Below, one piece after another: positions 17,873-27,608 of a DNA stretch of 64,000 bases; the stretch's first letter is position 1, and each line of letters begins with the position of its first letter. The notes under the pieces were generated by a model. That model saw only the letters and a program-made list of their open reading frames with translations, did not search any database and was not told where the DNA came from. Source of the DNA: a virus (lineage: Duplodnaviria > Caudoviricetes); IMG/VR virus record IMGVR_UViG_3300042260_000337; one strand, 5' to 3'. A program made the position numbers and the translations under genes.

Positions 17873-19002
17873 TCTGTTCTGATTTCGTCAAAACCCCAAT
17901 CAATTGCGACTGGAAATCTGGGTATACCATCAGGTGTGTAATCAAAAAACCTGATGGTTGCCCATTTTGGTTTTGTCGGATTGTCGTAAAGGTCTTTCAG
18001 AAGTTCTTGATTTCCTCTTACGCCCGATCCAAACGGCTTGCCGTCTTTGTTTTCCAGAACAAACCGCTTGGCATGACCAGCCCAATTTCCAAGACCTTCT
18101 TCAATGCCAGTAACTTTGAACTCGTCTGTCTTGAACTCTTTTCGTTTGATTAGATTATGAGAACGCTTGTTTTCATATTCCTTGTTACGACGAATCATCT
18201 GTCCCTCATATCCATCTTCAATATATGCGGCATATAGGCTGTTCATATGGTCTTCATCAAGAATCATAAATGTTTCTACCTTTACAACGCATTCAGTCTT
18301 CGGTAGTAGTTTGAGGTATCTCTTGCTTCGTTCTTCAAATATCAAATCTTCTTCCACGCAATCAATAACGTCATAGATATGATATTCAATTAGCTTCTTT
18401 GAAATTTCAATGTCTTTTGGGGTAGGCTTTGTCTTTCTTACGATTGACGTAATCTTGTTGAAGTTTGTCTTCAGTTTGTGATTGTAAAGTTCGCCATCAA
18501 ACGTCAGATTTGGATGGTCAACAAATACATCCTTGATTGCTTCCCAGACGTGTGGAACGGATGTAATCTCTTTACCAGAACGAGTCCATAGCCCATCGGC
18601 CCTTGCGATACAGCGAATGCCATCCAGCTTTGGCTGCGAGTATAGCTTATCTTCCTCTGTGTTTATTTTTTCGTCGGCAAAGCCTTGAGCCAACATTGGA
18701 TTAAACGTAGTCTTTGTATTGACTTCATCTACGTTTTCAAAGTAGCCAGAGTTCTTCTTGTTGGTGTAGTTGGCTACGATTTCTTTTTCAGCTTGTGAAC
18801 GAATGGTAGTCGCGTTTGATTTTCCAGTATTCTTTGGAACACATTTATGCCAAGATGATGTAACTAAGTTTCCGCCACGAATACCAGAAACAGTTCGGTA
18901 TCCAGCCGTATCTTCACCTTCTCCAAGTTCCATATACCATATTCGTATATTCTGTGAACTGTCAATCTTGAACAATGGTTCGTAAGTTTTTATGAGTTGC
19001 AT
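17869..19002 (-). CDS. lig: ATP-dependent DNA ligase
   Basis: Motif I QPKLDGIRC, FDGELY, YHIYD, EGQMIR, KRSHNLIKRK, RFP. N-terminal WGR-like extension. Confidence 0.93.
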   Translation of the reverse strand: MQLIKTYEPLFKIDSSQNIRIWYMELGEGEDTAGYRTVSGIRGGNLVTSSWHKCVPKNTGKSNATTIRSQAEKEIVANYTNKKNSGYFENVDEVNTKTTFNPMLAQGFADEKINTEEDKLYSQPKLDGIRCIARADGLWTRSGKEITSVPHVWEAIKDVFVDHPNLTFDGELYNHKLKTNFNKITSIVRKTKPTPKDIEISKKLIEYHIYDVIDCVEEDLIFEERSKRYLKLLPKTECVVKVETFMILDEDHMNSLYAAYIEDGYEGQMIRRNKEYENKRSHNLIKRKEFKTDEFKVTGIEEGLGNWAGHAKRFVLENKDGKPFGSGVRGNQELLKDLYDNPTKPKWATIRFFDYTPDGIPRFPVAIDWGFDEIRTD

Positions 19003-19020
19003 GTGTTATCCTTTTACTGC

Positions 19021-19049
19021 ATTATACTGAATAGTTCACGGACTGTCAA
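19021..19049 (-). promoter_or_regulatory. Perfect sigma70 consensus promoter for the ligase gene
   Basis: TTGACA-gtccgtgaactattcag (17 nt)-TATAAT. Confidence 0.9.
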
Positions 19050-19078
19050 TAAAAAAGGCTCCACATATGTGGAGCCTT
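19050..19078 (-). terminator. Rho-independent terminator
   Basis: AAGGCTCCAC-ATAT-GTGGAGCCTT then TTTT: perfect 10-bp stem. Confidence 0.9.
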
Positions 19079-19154
19079 AGTTTTCTCGTATGAGATATTA
19101 AGGAAGCCTCGCTGAGATGAGAGAGGTTGAGAGGAGACACAGGACTTCCCTAAT
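19050..19154 (-). ncRNA. Candidate ~105-nt small RNA with a CU-rich loop
   Basis: Has its own promoter (19161-19189) and terminator (19050-19078) and no ATG-initiated ORF. 12-bp stem 19154-19143/19108-19097 encloses CTGTGTCTCCTCTCAACCTCTCTCATCTCAGCGA. Confidence 0.7.
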
Positions 19155-19160
19155 GTTTAT

Positions 19161-19189
19161 AGAATATCAAATACGAATCATATTGTCAA
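19161..19189 (-). promoter_or_regulatory. sigma70-type promoter of the candidate sRNA
   Basis: TTGACA-17 nt-TATTCT with extended TG. Predicted +1 at about 19154, the first base of the stem. Confidence 0.75.
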
Positions 19190-19205
19190 GAACTTTTTTC
19201 ATATT

Positions 19206-20999
19206 TTATGCAAATATTTCAGATTCTTCTGTCGCAATAACTTCTTCTTCTTGACTAAATGATGTGAACCCATTCTCTTTCACAACATTCAATACGTTGG
19301 AAACCCGCCCTTGAAGTTCGTCTCTATGTGAAACCAAGAAAATTGTCCGATTACTTTCTCTTACCATTTTCTTTAGAACTGACAATGATGCTTCTACGCC
19401 GTTTGTATCCATACCACTATCAATCAACTCATCTACAAACAGAACATTGATGGTGCTGTATAGTGACTCGAAGATATCTCTGAACGCCCATGACAAGCCA
19501 AGGATAAGTCGGTTTCGTTCACCACGTGACAGGTTATCAAAGTCAAGGTCTCTACCGAGTTCTTTGATTTCAACACTCAAATCGCTCTGGAACCGAACTT
19601 CATGTGGCAAACCAAGTTTTTCAAGGAAGAAATCAAGACGAGAATTTAGATAGTTTAGGTTTTGGTCAATGATTTTCTTGCGAATAAAGCTATCTTTGTT
19701 GGTAAGTAGTTTCAAAAGAAATTCTTGATGGTCCTTGAACGAAATGAGAGAGTTCATCTTATCGTAACTGATTTCTTCAAGTGAATTAGACTTCATTTCT
19801 TCAATCTGTTCTTGATACGGGTCAGTGGTTTCTTTCTTTCGTTGTATCTGGTCAGTCACCGATGTTACCAAGTTCTGATGCTCATATGCATCTTGAATTG
19901 ATTTGTAGTATACTGATGGCTTTACTCCAATATCACCAATGCTTGCCACCAATTCCTGATGCTCTTGAAGTTGACTTTCGTTAGCAAGAATTTGCATCAC
20001 GGCTTCTTGCTTTTGGCCAGTCTTTGACTTTAGAATTTCTTCTTGTTTGTTATCATGTAGGTCTTGACCACACGCATAACATGTGTGTGACTTGAGTGCA
20101 TCTATTTCAATATCAAGTTTATTGATAAATGTGTTCTGTTTGTCAATATCTTTGTTGAGATTTGTAATCCATAGATTAGCTTGGTCAAGTTTTGTTTTCT
20201 TTTCGTTATACTCTACAAGTTTAGAATGATTTTCAATTTCAGTTGTAATGTCTATATGTGATAGGTCATTTAACTGTTTTGTCAGAGTTTCAACGTCAGA
20301 ATCAATATTCTTTTTCCATACTCTCTGTCTACGTTCAATGTCTTCAATTGACTTTAGAATACGTTTGTTGGCTTCTTCTTTCGCCTTGATTTCATATTCT
20401 TCATCTTTGATGAAATCTTTGGTCTGTTTGATTTGTTCTCTCAGGGATTCTGCTTTCTTTGAAAGTTCAGTGATACCGAGAAGTTCTTCAATTATTTCAC
20501 GTTGGTCTGCCGCCCGCATAGACAAGAACGGTTCAGTGTATGTATTCAATGCAACGATATGCTTGAACATTGAATGCGAAATGCCGATAATTTGGTCTAC
20601 CTCAACTTGAGTGTGTCGGTTTTCACCCTGTGCTTCATCTTGACCTTCATTTAGGTCAATACCGTTTCTTTTAAGACGAAACACGGCTGGCCTTCTACCA
20701 CGCTCAATACGGTATTGTTCTCCATTGTATTCGAAATCAACTGTAACCAACATCTGCTTTCCGTTAGTTTTGTTGATTAGGTTATCTTGTTTGATTTTGG
20801 TTAGAGCATTTCCGTATAGCCCATAGCTAAGAGCGTTGATAAGAGTAGTTTTGCCTGTTCCGTTTCTTGCTCCATCTCCACCCAAATCAAGGTTGTTACC
20901 TAGAACGAGTGTGAGGTTGTTACGGTTTAGTGTTACGGCTTGTGTTACGTTTCCAATGCTCATGAAATTTCGCATTGTGATGTTATGAATTCTCAGCAT
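19206..20999 (-). CDS. gp46: Recombination endonuclease ATPase subunit, gp46/SbcC/Rad50-like
   Basis: Walker A NGTGKT, zinc hook CYAC, signature LSRGE, Walker B LFVDE, VSH. Confidence 0.97.
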   Translation of the reverse strand: MLRIHNITMRNFMSIGNVTQAVTLNRNNLTLVLGNNLDLGGDGARNGTGKTTLINALSYGLYGNALTKIKQDNLINKTNGKQMLVTVDFEYNGEQYRIERGRRPAVFRLKRNGIDLNEGQDEAQGENRHTQVEVDQIIGISHSMFKHIVALNTYTEPFLSMRAADQREIIEELLGITELSKKAESLREQIKQTKDFIKDEEYEIKAKEEANKRILKSIEDIERRQRVWKKNIDSDVETLTKQLNDLSHIDITTEIENHSKLVEYNEKKTKLDQANLWITNLNKDIDKQNTFINKLDIEIDALKSHTCYACGQDLHDNKQEEILKSKTGQKQEAVMQILANESQLQEHQELVASIGDIGVKPSVYYKSIQDAYEHQNLVTSVTDQIQRKKETTDPYQEQIEEMKSNSLEEISYDKMNSLISFKDHQEFLLKLLTNKDSFIRKKIIDQNLNYLNSRLDFFLEKLGLPHEVRFQSDLSVEIKELGRDLDFDNLSRGERNRLILGLSWAFRDIFESLYSTINVLFVDELIDSGMDTNGVEASLSVLKKMVRESNRTIFLVSHRDELQGRVSNVLNVVKENGFTSFSQEEEVIATEESEIFA

Positions 21000-21592
21000 T
21001 ATCTCTCTCTTGCAAACTGACCTGATTGAATCGGGTCAAGACTTATCTCATTAATGTTTACGTATTCTGGTTGATTTAGAAGCCATACTATTAGTTCAGC
21101 TATATACGATGTATCCAAAAGTTTTCTATCTGGATGTTTTTTCATGACACTTTCGGTTGTAAGACTTCCTGGTGAAATGAGCGTAGTTTTTATATTACTA
21201 CCGCCTATTGTAGCATAACTTAGGTTACGATTGAAGTCTTTTATTGACTTCTTTTCGATAGGATATCTCCATGCAGAACCCCTTACGCCAGTGTCGGCAG
21301 TTGAACCAATATGAATGAAGTATGCAGATTTTTGTGCTTCTGCCACTGTGTTATACATAGTTTCAGCTAAAAGGGTCTGGTTGAATTTCCATAGTGCCGA
21401 GTTGTTTATGAACACATCGTAAGACTGTTCCACAAATTCATTGGCAAGTTTTTGATGGTTGTTATTATCGCAAAGATCGTATCCGGTGGAACGACTAACA
21501 GTGCGATAAACAACGCTATCCATAGTATCAAAAAGATCACATATTTTTTGGCAAAGCCCATACTCACGGTTTCCTGTAATCAGTATTTTCAT
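20999..21592 (-). CDS. Short-chain dehydrogenase/reductase inserted between gp47 and gp46
   Basis: ILITGNREYGL, DVFINNS, HIGS, YPIEK (YxxxK), ISPG. Confidence 0.8.
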   Translation of the reverse strand: MKILITGNREYGLCQKICDLFDTMDSVVYRTVSRSTGYDLCDNNNHQKLANEFVEQSYDVFINNSALWKFNQTLLAETMYNTVAEAQKSAYFIHIGSTADTGVRGSAWRYPIEKKSIKDFNRNLSYATIGGSNIKTTLISPGSLTTESVMKKHPDRKLLDTSYIAELIVWLLNQPEYVNINEISLDPIQSGQFARER

Positions 21593-22599
21593 AGGTTTTG
21601 GTATATCTCAATCAGAACGTTATTGTTATACGAACCATCAAGTTCTTTTAGTTGTGATACTACAATTTGGTCAATGGTTTCAAAATGAATTTCCGCCCCG
21701 ACATCTTCGGTATGCTCTGTATTTTTGATTGGAACCAGTGTGATTTCTCTCAGGTTATAAGTTTCCACAAATGTATCCTTGATGTAGTTTGCTTCTTCAT
21801 ATGTAATATCAATATCCAGAGATACCTTGATGTGAGACTTTGGAAGTAGATATCGTTCTGTGTTGTCCAATAACGCAGATAGTTTTACCGTTTTGTATTT
21901 CGGGGCATCTGGCCACGCAAAGAACTCAGGTTCTTTATCCCATTCAAGGAACATCCATCCACGGTCATCATCCCAGTTGTCGGAGAAGTTATGTGGAAAT
22001 GCGTTACCCATATAGATTACGTTTTTCTTTATCTGGCGTTTATGAAAGTGTCCAGTGAATACGTAATCTTGATGTTCAAACATGTCTCCATTCAAACCGC
22101 CATGGTCTGGCATTTCTACCATGGCGTTTAGTTTGAATGTAGGAAGTTCAAAGTGGCCAAACATATATTTGGATTTGATACGAGGAATACTTTTCCATTC
22201 CTCGCCAACAATCCAAGATACAAGGGCAACATCACCTTCTACCATAACATCATCTACTAGAGTGATGTTTGGAAACTCTTTGATAAACTCAATAGAGTTC
22301 ACTTCTCTGGTTTCACGATAGTAAAGGTCATGGTTGCCCAAAATGAAATATACTTTTTCAAAAGCGTTACTCAGTTTTCGTAGACCTTGAAGGCTGTATT
22401 TCATAGTTGAAATATTGAGGCTGGCACGATTGTGGTGCCAATCCCCTCCAAAGATACAAGTCTCACATCCCTTTTTCTTTGATTCGGCAATAAACCAATC
22501 AATAAAATCTAAACAATCTTCGTTATGTGATTTTGAGTTGTTTTTATTACCAAAGTGAATGTCTGTGAATACTGCCGCTTTTTGAAATAGATTAGTCAT
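21589..22599 (-). CDS. gp47: Recombination endonuclease nuclease subunit, gp47/SbcD/Mre11-like
   Basis: TDIHFG, GGDWHH, LGNHD, GHFH metallophosphoesterase motifs. Start set at MTNLF (22599). Confidence 0.96.
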   Translation of the reverse strand: MTNLFQKAAVFTDIHFGNKNNSKSHNEDCLDFIDWFIAESKKKGCETCIFGGDWHHNRASLNISTMKYSLQGLRKLSNAFEKVYFILGNHDLYYRETREVNSIEFIKEFPNITLVDDVMVEGDVALVSWIVGEEWKSIPRIKSKYMFGHFELPTFKLNAMVEMPDHGGLNGDMFEHQDYVFTGHFHKRQIKKNVIYMGNAFPHNFSDNWDDDRGWMFLEWDKEPEFFAWPDAPKYKTVKLSALLDNTERYLLPKSHIKVSLDIDITYEEANYIKDTFVETYNLREITLVPIKNTEHTEDVGAEIHFETIDQIVVSQLKELDGSYNNNVLIEIYQNL

Positions 22600-23467
22600 C
22601 TTCTGCGTAAATTTCCTTGATGGTTTCTGTTGGTATTTGATCATCAGTGATTGGAGTTGACTTGATTTTCTGCCAGCGTTCTTGGGACTTCATTTCATGT
22701 TCAAGCTGTCTTGTCCATGATGGTGATTGTCCAATACTTTCAAGTAGGTCGTCACGCAGTCCTTGATTTTTCTTCTCAGTGTTGAGAACACGTGTGAATG
22801 AGTTGTTAACCACCGCTGTGAAATAAGCGAATGGATTGTCACTCTTATCTTCATTGAACTGTAGACCTACTTGTGTTAGCTGTAGTAGTGCTTGCCCTCT
22901 CATCTCATCAATGTATGTATAGCCACGCCAGTTTGAACGTTGTGAATAACGTTCAACCAACTTGATATACATGTTAGCCAGTGTAGCAGTTACCTTGCCA
23001 TAAGTCAAGTCGAAATCTTTGTGTTTGTTGTGATGGCTCAATCCAACACAACGTAAACTACCATCATCTTCAACTATGAAATGTTTGAATGGCGGAAAGT
23101 TTAGCTTTATTTTGTGGTCGGCAGGAGATTTTGGGTTCTTCTTTCTTCCTGGTTCGTCTGGTATATGATCATATGTCATAACTCTAAAAACTAAATCAGA
23201 CGTTTTGAACGTATCTGGGTCAATCGCAAAATCTGACTGTTTTAGTTTTTTATCTTCGTTGTCATCCCATGCGCGTTTCTGTATTCTATCCGCACGGTTT
23301 TGTCTTGCAATTTCTATTGAATCTTTTATATCGTTTTCGGAATAAAGAATTACATCGTATTGACTATGCTTTTCCCTATCTTCAAACCAACAGAAATTAC
23401 TCTTTGAAATGTGTATTTGACGTAACATATCTTTGTTATTCAAATAATTTGGTCCTCGTTTAGCCAT
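22592..23467 (-). CDS. gp55: Late-transcription sigma factor, T4 gp55-like
   Basis: NYLNNKDML, YIDEMRGQA, NPFAYFTAVVNNSF, EKKNQ. Canonical position upstream of gp47. Confidence 0.9.
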   Translation of the reverse strand: MAKRGPNYLNNKDMLRQIHISKSNFCWFEDREKHSQYDVILYSENDIKDSIEIARQNRADRIQKRAWDDNEDKKLKQSDFAIDPDTFKTSDLVFRVMTYDHIPDEPGRKKNPKSPADHKIKLNFPPFKHFIVEDDGSLRCVGLSHHNKHKDFDLTYGKVTATLANMYIKLVERYSQRSNWRGYTYIDEMRGQALLQLTQVGLQFNEDKSDNPFAYFTAVVNNSFTRVLNTEKKNQGLRDDLLESIGQSPSWTRQLEHEMKSQERWQKIKSTPITDDQIPTETIKEIYAEDD

Positions 23468-23496
23468 AAAAATCTCCTAAAGAATAAATTATTATC

Positions 23497-23525
23497 ATTA
23501 TATCAAAAACGAATCACTTTGTCAA
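23497..23525 (-). promoter_or_regulatory. Perfect sigma70 promoter for gp55-gp47-SDR-gp46
   Basis: TTGACA-17 nt-TATAAT with extended TG. Confidence 0.9.
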
Positions 23526-23556
23526 CTACAAGTATAAAGTTCGTATATAATACGAT

Positions 23557-23564
23557 GATAAATA
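23557..23564 (+). promoter_or_regulatory. Late promoter GATAAATA for the baseplate operon
   Basis: 26 nt upstream of ATG 23591 (SD GGAG). Confidence 0.7.
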
Positions 23565-23590
23565 CTGTATAACGATAGTCGGAGAACAAA

Positions 23591-24202
23591 ATGAGCAATC
23601 CATATAATGAAAGTCAACCTGTATACATAAAAGACCCAACTGGAAGACTTGGAGGCGGTTCAAGTGTTTCCACGCCAGTTGGTCCACAAACTGGTGGAAA
23701 GATATTTTATTTTCCTTACACGCCGACTATAACCAATGTTAATTCAACAAGTTACAGTAGTTACGATATGACTCATAGTAACTTCCAACAGAAGGCATTT
23801 GATATGTCAACTAACTCTGTTTTCTCAGTTACCGCTCCGATGATTGCTAGAAATTCCGAAGAAGCACAGAGTATTTTAAGTGGTGTTGATTTTTTTAGAG
23901 CCGCTATGAAAATGGGATTTGGTAAGACCGACCCATTGGCTGGCCTTCCGCCAGTTGTCATGCATTTTTATGCATATGGTATTTATGAAGCAGTTCCAGT
24001 GGTTCTTACCGATTTCACTTGGAACTTGGATGACAGTATAGATTATATTGATTTTAAGAGTAACAACAAGAATGTAAGAATACCAACAACCAGCACATTT
24101 GTTTTGTCATTGACAACCACATATGGCGCTAAAAGAGTAAGAAACGAGTTCACATTGCAAAAATATGCATCTGGTGCTCTCAGAAATATAGGATATGTAT
24201 AA
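23591..24202 (+). CDS. Tail tube initiator/baseplate tube-like protein (gp48/gp54-like)
   Basis: FPYTPTI, GLPPVVMHF, VPVVLTDF...DYI. Position before the gp53-like gene. Confidence 0.65.
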   Translation: MSNPYNESQPVYIKDPTGRLGGGSSVSTPVGPQTGGKIFYFPYTPTITNVNSTSYSSYDMTHSNFQQKAFDMSTNSVFSVTAPMIARNSEEAQSILSGVDFFRAAMKMGFGKTDPLAGLPPVVMHFYAYGIYEAVPVVLTDFTWNLDDSIDYIDFKSNNKNVRIPTTSTFVLSLTTTYGAKRVRNEFTLQKYASGALRNIGYV

Positions 24203-24492
24203 TGTATGATAGCCGTAGTAATTACATAAAAACTCCAATCGTAAATAACACGTACATGGATATATTGGTTGATAGATATATATTTCTTGACCCAAACGAT
24301 GAGGTATATGAAATAGAGCAAAAATATCACAAGAGACCTGATTTGTTCAGTTATCATCGTTATGGAACATCAAAATATTGGTGGGTTTTTGCAAGAAGAA
24401 ATATGAATACCATAATTGACCCTATAAATGATTTTGTTGCTGGTGCTAAAATTAAAATACCTTCATTGAAAAACTTGGAAAATACAAAATAA
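24202..24492 (+). CDS. gp53: Baseplate wedge protein, gp53/LysM-like
   Basis: RPDLFSYHRYGTSKYWWVFARRN...GAKIKIP. Confidence 0.8.
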   Translation: MYDSRSNYIKTPIVNNTYMDILVDRYIFLDPNDEVYEIEQKYHKRPDLFSYHRYGTSKYWWVFARRNMNTIIDPINDFVAGAKIKIPSLKNLENTK

Positions 24493-27400
24493 TGGCAACT
24501 GTTGATGATATCGCAGAAACAATAAAAATACGAGAGTCTGGTGGAAATTATACAATCAAAAATCCAGCACCAGGAGCAACTGCATCTGGTGCATATCAAT
24601 ACATTGACTCAACATGGCAAGCAGAAGCCACAAAAGCTGGAATCAATTGGAAAGCAAATGGATGGACTTCCGCTAATATGGCACCTGCTTCAGTTCAAGA
24701 TACTGTTGCAAAGAACAACATTCAAAATATATTGAACGCAAATAATGGAAACATTGAAGCGGTTCCTAATGTTTGGTATACAGGAAATGCCGCTGGTAAC
24801 ATGACAGCAAAACAACTAGCTGCCAATGGCGGTCAGACTTCCGCAACCTATACGCAAAAGTGGATGCAAGATTACGCTAAAGTCACTGGTGGAACTTACA
24901 CTACAGACACAAGCGGCCAAGGCGTGGTTGTGGATGATAACGGAAAAGTAATTGCAACGGTTGAGGACGTTCCAGCGCCAGCATCAAGTGGATTTGCGGT
25001 TTACACTGGAGCAGAGCAAGCCCAACTTATTCAAAGTATGCAAGACTTGGAAAACTTTGAGGCAAACTGGGAAGAAAACGTCCTTGACCAATCCGACGAT
25101 TATATTTACAACTTGGAATTGTTTCTTGTTGATAAAGAAGATGTAATTGGGTTCATGAGTGTTCCTGCCGAGGTTATTGAAAATGATGGCTGGCCAGGTG
25201 TTGGTCAGAAGAAAGTTGTTATTGCTAAAACAGGAGAGACGGCAGAGTTTGTTATTACTGATTTGGTCGTTGATTCTATATCTGTTGGCGGTGTTGGAAA
25301 TCCAAACATGCTCATAGCAAACGCATCAACCGAACTATCATTTAACATTACACGAGTTGGGAACGCAAGACTTGGTGATGCAATTCAAGATGCTGTTGCC
25401 GTTGCTGGATATGCTGATGTTTCTAGTGCGTATTTCTTCATTAAGATAAAATTCACACATGTAAGCCGAAATGGTTCTGCTACATTCATTCCAAATACAA
25501 CGAAGGTATTGCCATTTAGACTAAAAAAGGTAATGGATATTTCAACTTCCACTGATAACCGTGGGACGGCGGCTACTCTTGAAGGAACAATTATACGAAA
25601 ACATGCCTTGCAAACTCCAAGTGTCGGGCAAATAAAAGAAAAGATAACCTCAGATGTTGTAAAAAACAGTGCAGACGCTACTATAGATAATTTTATTAGT
25701 AAATTGAATGAAATGATGGTTAAAAATTCATACGGAGTTGATTCAAAGTATGTTGTTGAATACAAATATGAACGTGATGACCATTTTAAACAAAAATATT
25801 CACAGTTGGTAATTGGTTATCCTGAAACTTATAGAACTGGCACTGGAAGTGGTGAAGCAGAAACACTAGCAAATCCAGATTATAATACTATTTCAATTGC
25901 TGGAACTACACTTGAGGTTCAACCAACAACAAATATAATTGATGTATTGAGAGATATATTAATTAATACTAACGAAATGAGAGCAGCATTAACTACTCCA
26001 AACAAAACATTGAGTGATTTATTTTCAATTGAAATTGACTACGTTCCAAAAGAAGACGGTTATAATATTTTAACAAGAACCGAGGGCGCAACTGTTACAT
26101 TTAGAGCTTGCTTGAAAGAAGAATTAATTGAACACAATACACTGAATCAAATTGACCAGCTTACAAATATAAATCAAACATTGCAAGCTATGATAACCAC
26201 TGGTAGAATTAAAAAGAAATACTACTATTATTATACTGGTAAAAACGATCAGATAATGCAATTTGATATTTCTTTGAACAACCAACTATTAAAAGTTCAA
26301 AATGAAGAATATACTGTATTTTTTGATGTAAACCAAGTTAATTCATTGGAAGACATGCTTTCTGCTACTCAAGCTCAGTATAAAGCACGATTGACCGCTA
26401 TGTCAGAAGAATTTTCCAGAACAAAAACAAATGTGCAGCAAACAGAAGCAGCCCTAGAATCCGCTAAAAACACTTATGCGGCAATGGTTGATGAATTAAA
26501 GAAAACTTTTATAGATGGCATTATTTCAAGTGATGTTCCACCATATGAAAGAAGTGAATTGGCTCGTATAATTGATCAACGATTTGAACAATTAGATTTA
26601 TATAGTGCTGACGAAAACGGATATTCAACTCTCGTTGACGATTTAAACGCAATATTAGGTGAATTAGGATTATCAGATGAACTTTTAAACGATGAGATGG
26701 TAAATTCACTAGATAAATTACTTGAAGATGTTTCAAAAGCACAACAAAACTATAATAATGCCAAAGCTGCATTATCAGATAAAGAAGCTGAACTAAATGA
26801 CGGTGCAAGAACTATATTAGGCGTAAACGCAACGGAAGAATGGATAACACGTGGTGGTGGAGATGCAGATACAACATTCGATACCCTTGGTATAGCATCA
26901 AACATAGCCACCTTGGAAGATTTGGGAACTGATATACGTAGGAAATTAACCACGACAGAAGTTGCTGGTATATTGAACTTTTTATCGGTTGGGTCTGCAA
27001 GATTCATAAGTGCGCAACTTTCAGAATTATCTGGTGAAAAAACCGATGCTAGATTAATATTGACCGCTGATCAAAGAAAGGCGGAACTTGCAAACATTAA
27101 ATATATTGAAGGATGGTCACAAGACCTAAGTATGGTTAACGCAACCATGAAAATTAAAGGTGACCCATACTGGATTGAAAACTATTTAACATCTGAAAAA
27201 CGAAATTCCATATATCAACGAAACAATTATAGACCCAATAACGTATCAAATGTAGTTGGAACTAATTTTATTATGGTGGTAAGCAACACAATAGATGGAG
27301 TTGATAACATTGACCAGCCTATTGTATCAAATTTGTTTAGATATTTGTATATGGTAAAATCAATCAAAAGTGAATTTTCAAATGGTTTGTTTACCCAAAC

Positions 27401-27605
27401 ATTAGATATGTCTCGCTTTACACTTGCAGATACATACAATTACAATCCAACATCGGCAGACAGCGCGGCAAGTAATTTACCAAACGGTGTGGATGATGAA
27501 AACTCAGAACCAGTGAGAGAGGGAGTTCAACCTGGAGAGTCAATTACAGTAGAAGAAACACAAATACCAATAGAAGAAACAACTCCACAGCAAGGTCCGA
27601 GATAA
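24492..27605 (+). CDS. Baseplate hub protein with N-terminal lytic transglycosylase-like domain
   Basis: RESGGNY...ASGAYQYIDSTW at the N-terminus, central coiled coil, C-terminal MKIKGDPYW and YMVKSIKSEFSNGLFTQTL hub motifs. Confidence 0.7.
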   Translation: MATVDDIAETIKIRESGGNYTIKNPAPGATASGAYQYIDSTWQAEATKAGINWKANGWTSANMAPASVQDTVAKNNIQNILNANNGNIEAVPNVWYTGNAAGNMTAKQLAANGGQTSATYTQKWMQDYAKVTGGTYTTDTSGQGVVVDDNGKVIATVEDVPAPASSGFAVYTGAEQAQLIQSMQDLENFEANWEENVLDQSDDYIYNLELFLVDKEDVIGFMSVPAEVIENDGWPGVGQKKVVIAKTGETAEFVITDLVVDSISVGGVGNPNMLIANASTELSFNITRVGNARLGDAIQDAVAVAGYADVSSAYFFIKIKFTHVSRNGSATFIPNTTKVLPFRLKKVMDISTSTDNRGTAATLEGTIIRKHALQTPSVGQIKEKITSDVVKNSADATIDNFISKLNEMMVKNSYGVDSKYVVEYKYERDDHFKQKYSQLVIGYPETYRTGTGSGEAETLANPDYNTISIAGTTLEVQPTTNIIDVLRDILINTNEMRAALTTPNKTLSDLFSIEIDYVPKEDGYNILTRTEGATVTFRACLKEELIEHNTLNQIDQLTNINQTLQAMITTGRIKKKYYYYYTGKNDQIMQFDISLNNQLLKVQNEEYTVFFDVNQVNSLEDMLSATQAQYKARLTAMSEEFSRTKTNVQQTEAALESAKNTYAAMVDELKKTFIDGIISSDVPPYERSELARIIDQRFEQLDLYSADENGYSTLVDDLNAILGELGLSDELLNDEMVNSLDKLLEDVSKAQQNYNNAKAALSDKEAELNDGARTILGVNATEEWITRGGGDADTTFDTLGIASNIATLEDLGTDIRRKLTTTEVAGILNFLSVGSARFISAQLSELSGEKTDARLILTADQRKAELANIKYIEGWSQDLSMVNATMKIKGDPYWIENYLTSEKRNSIYQRNNYRPNNVSNVVGTNFIMVVSNTIDGVDNIDQPIVSNLFRYLYMVKSIKSEFSNGLFTQTLDMSRFTLADTYNYNPTSADSAASNLPNGVDDENSEPVREGVQPGESITVEETQIPIEETTPQQGPR

Positions 27606-27608
27606 AAT

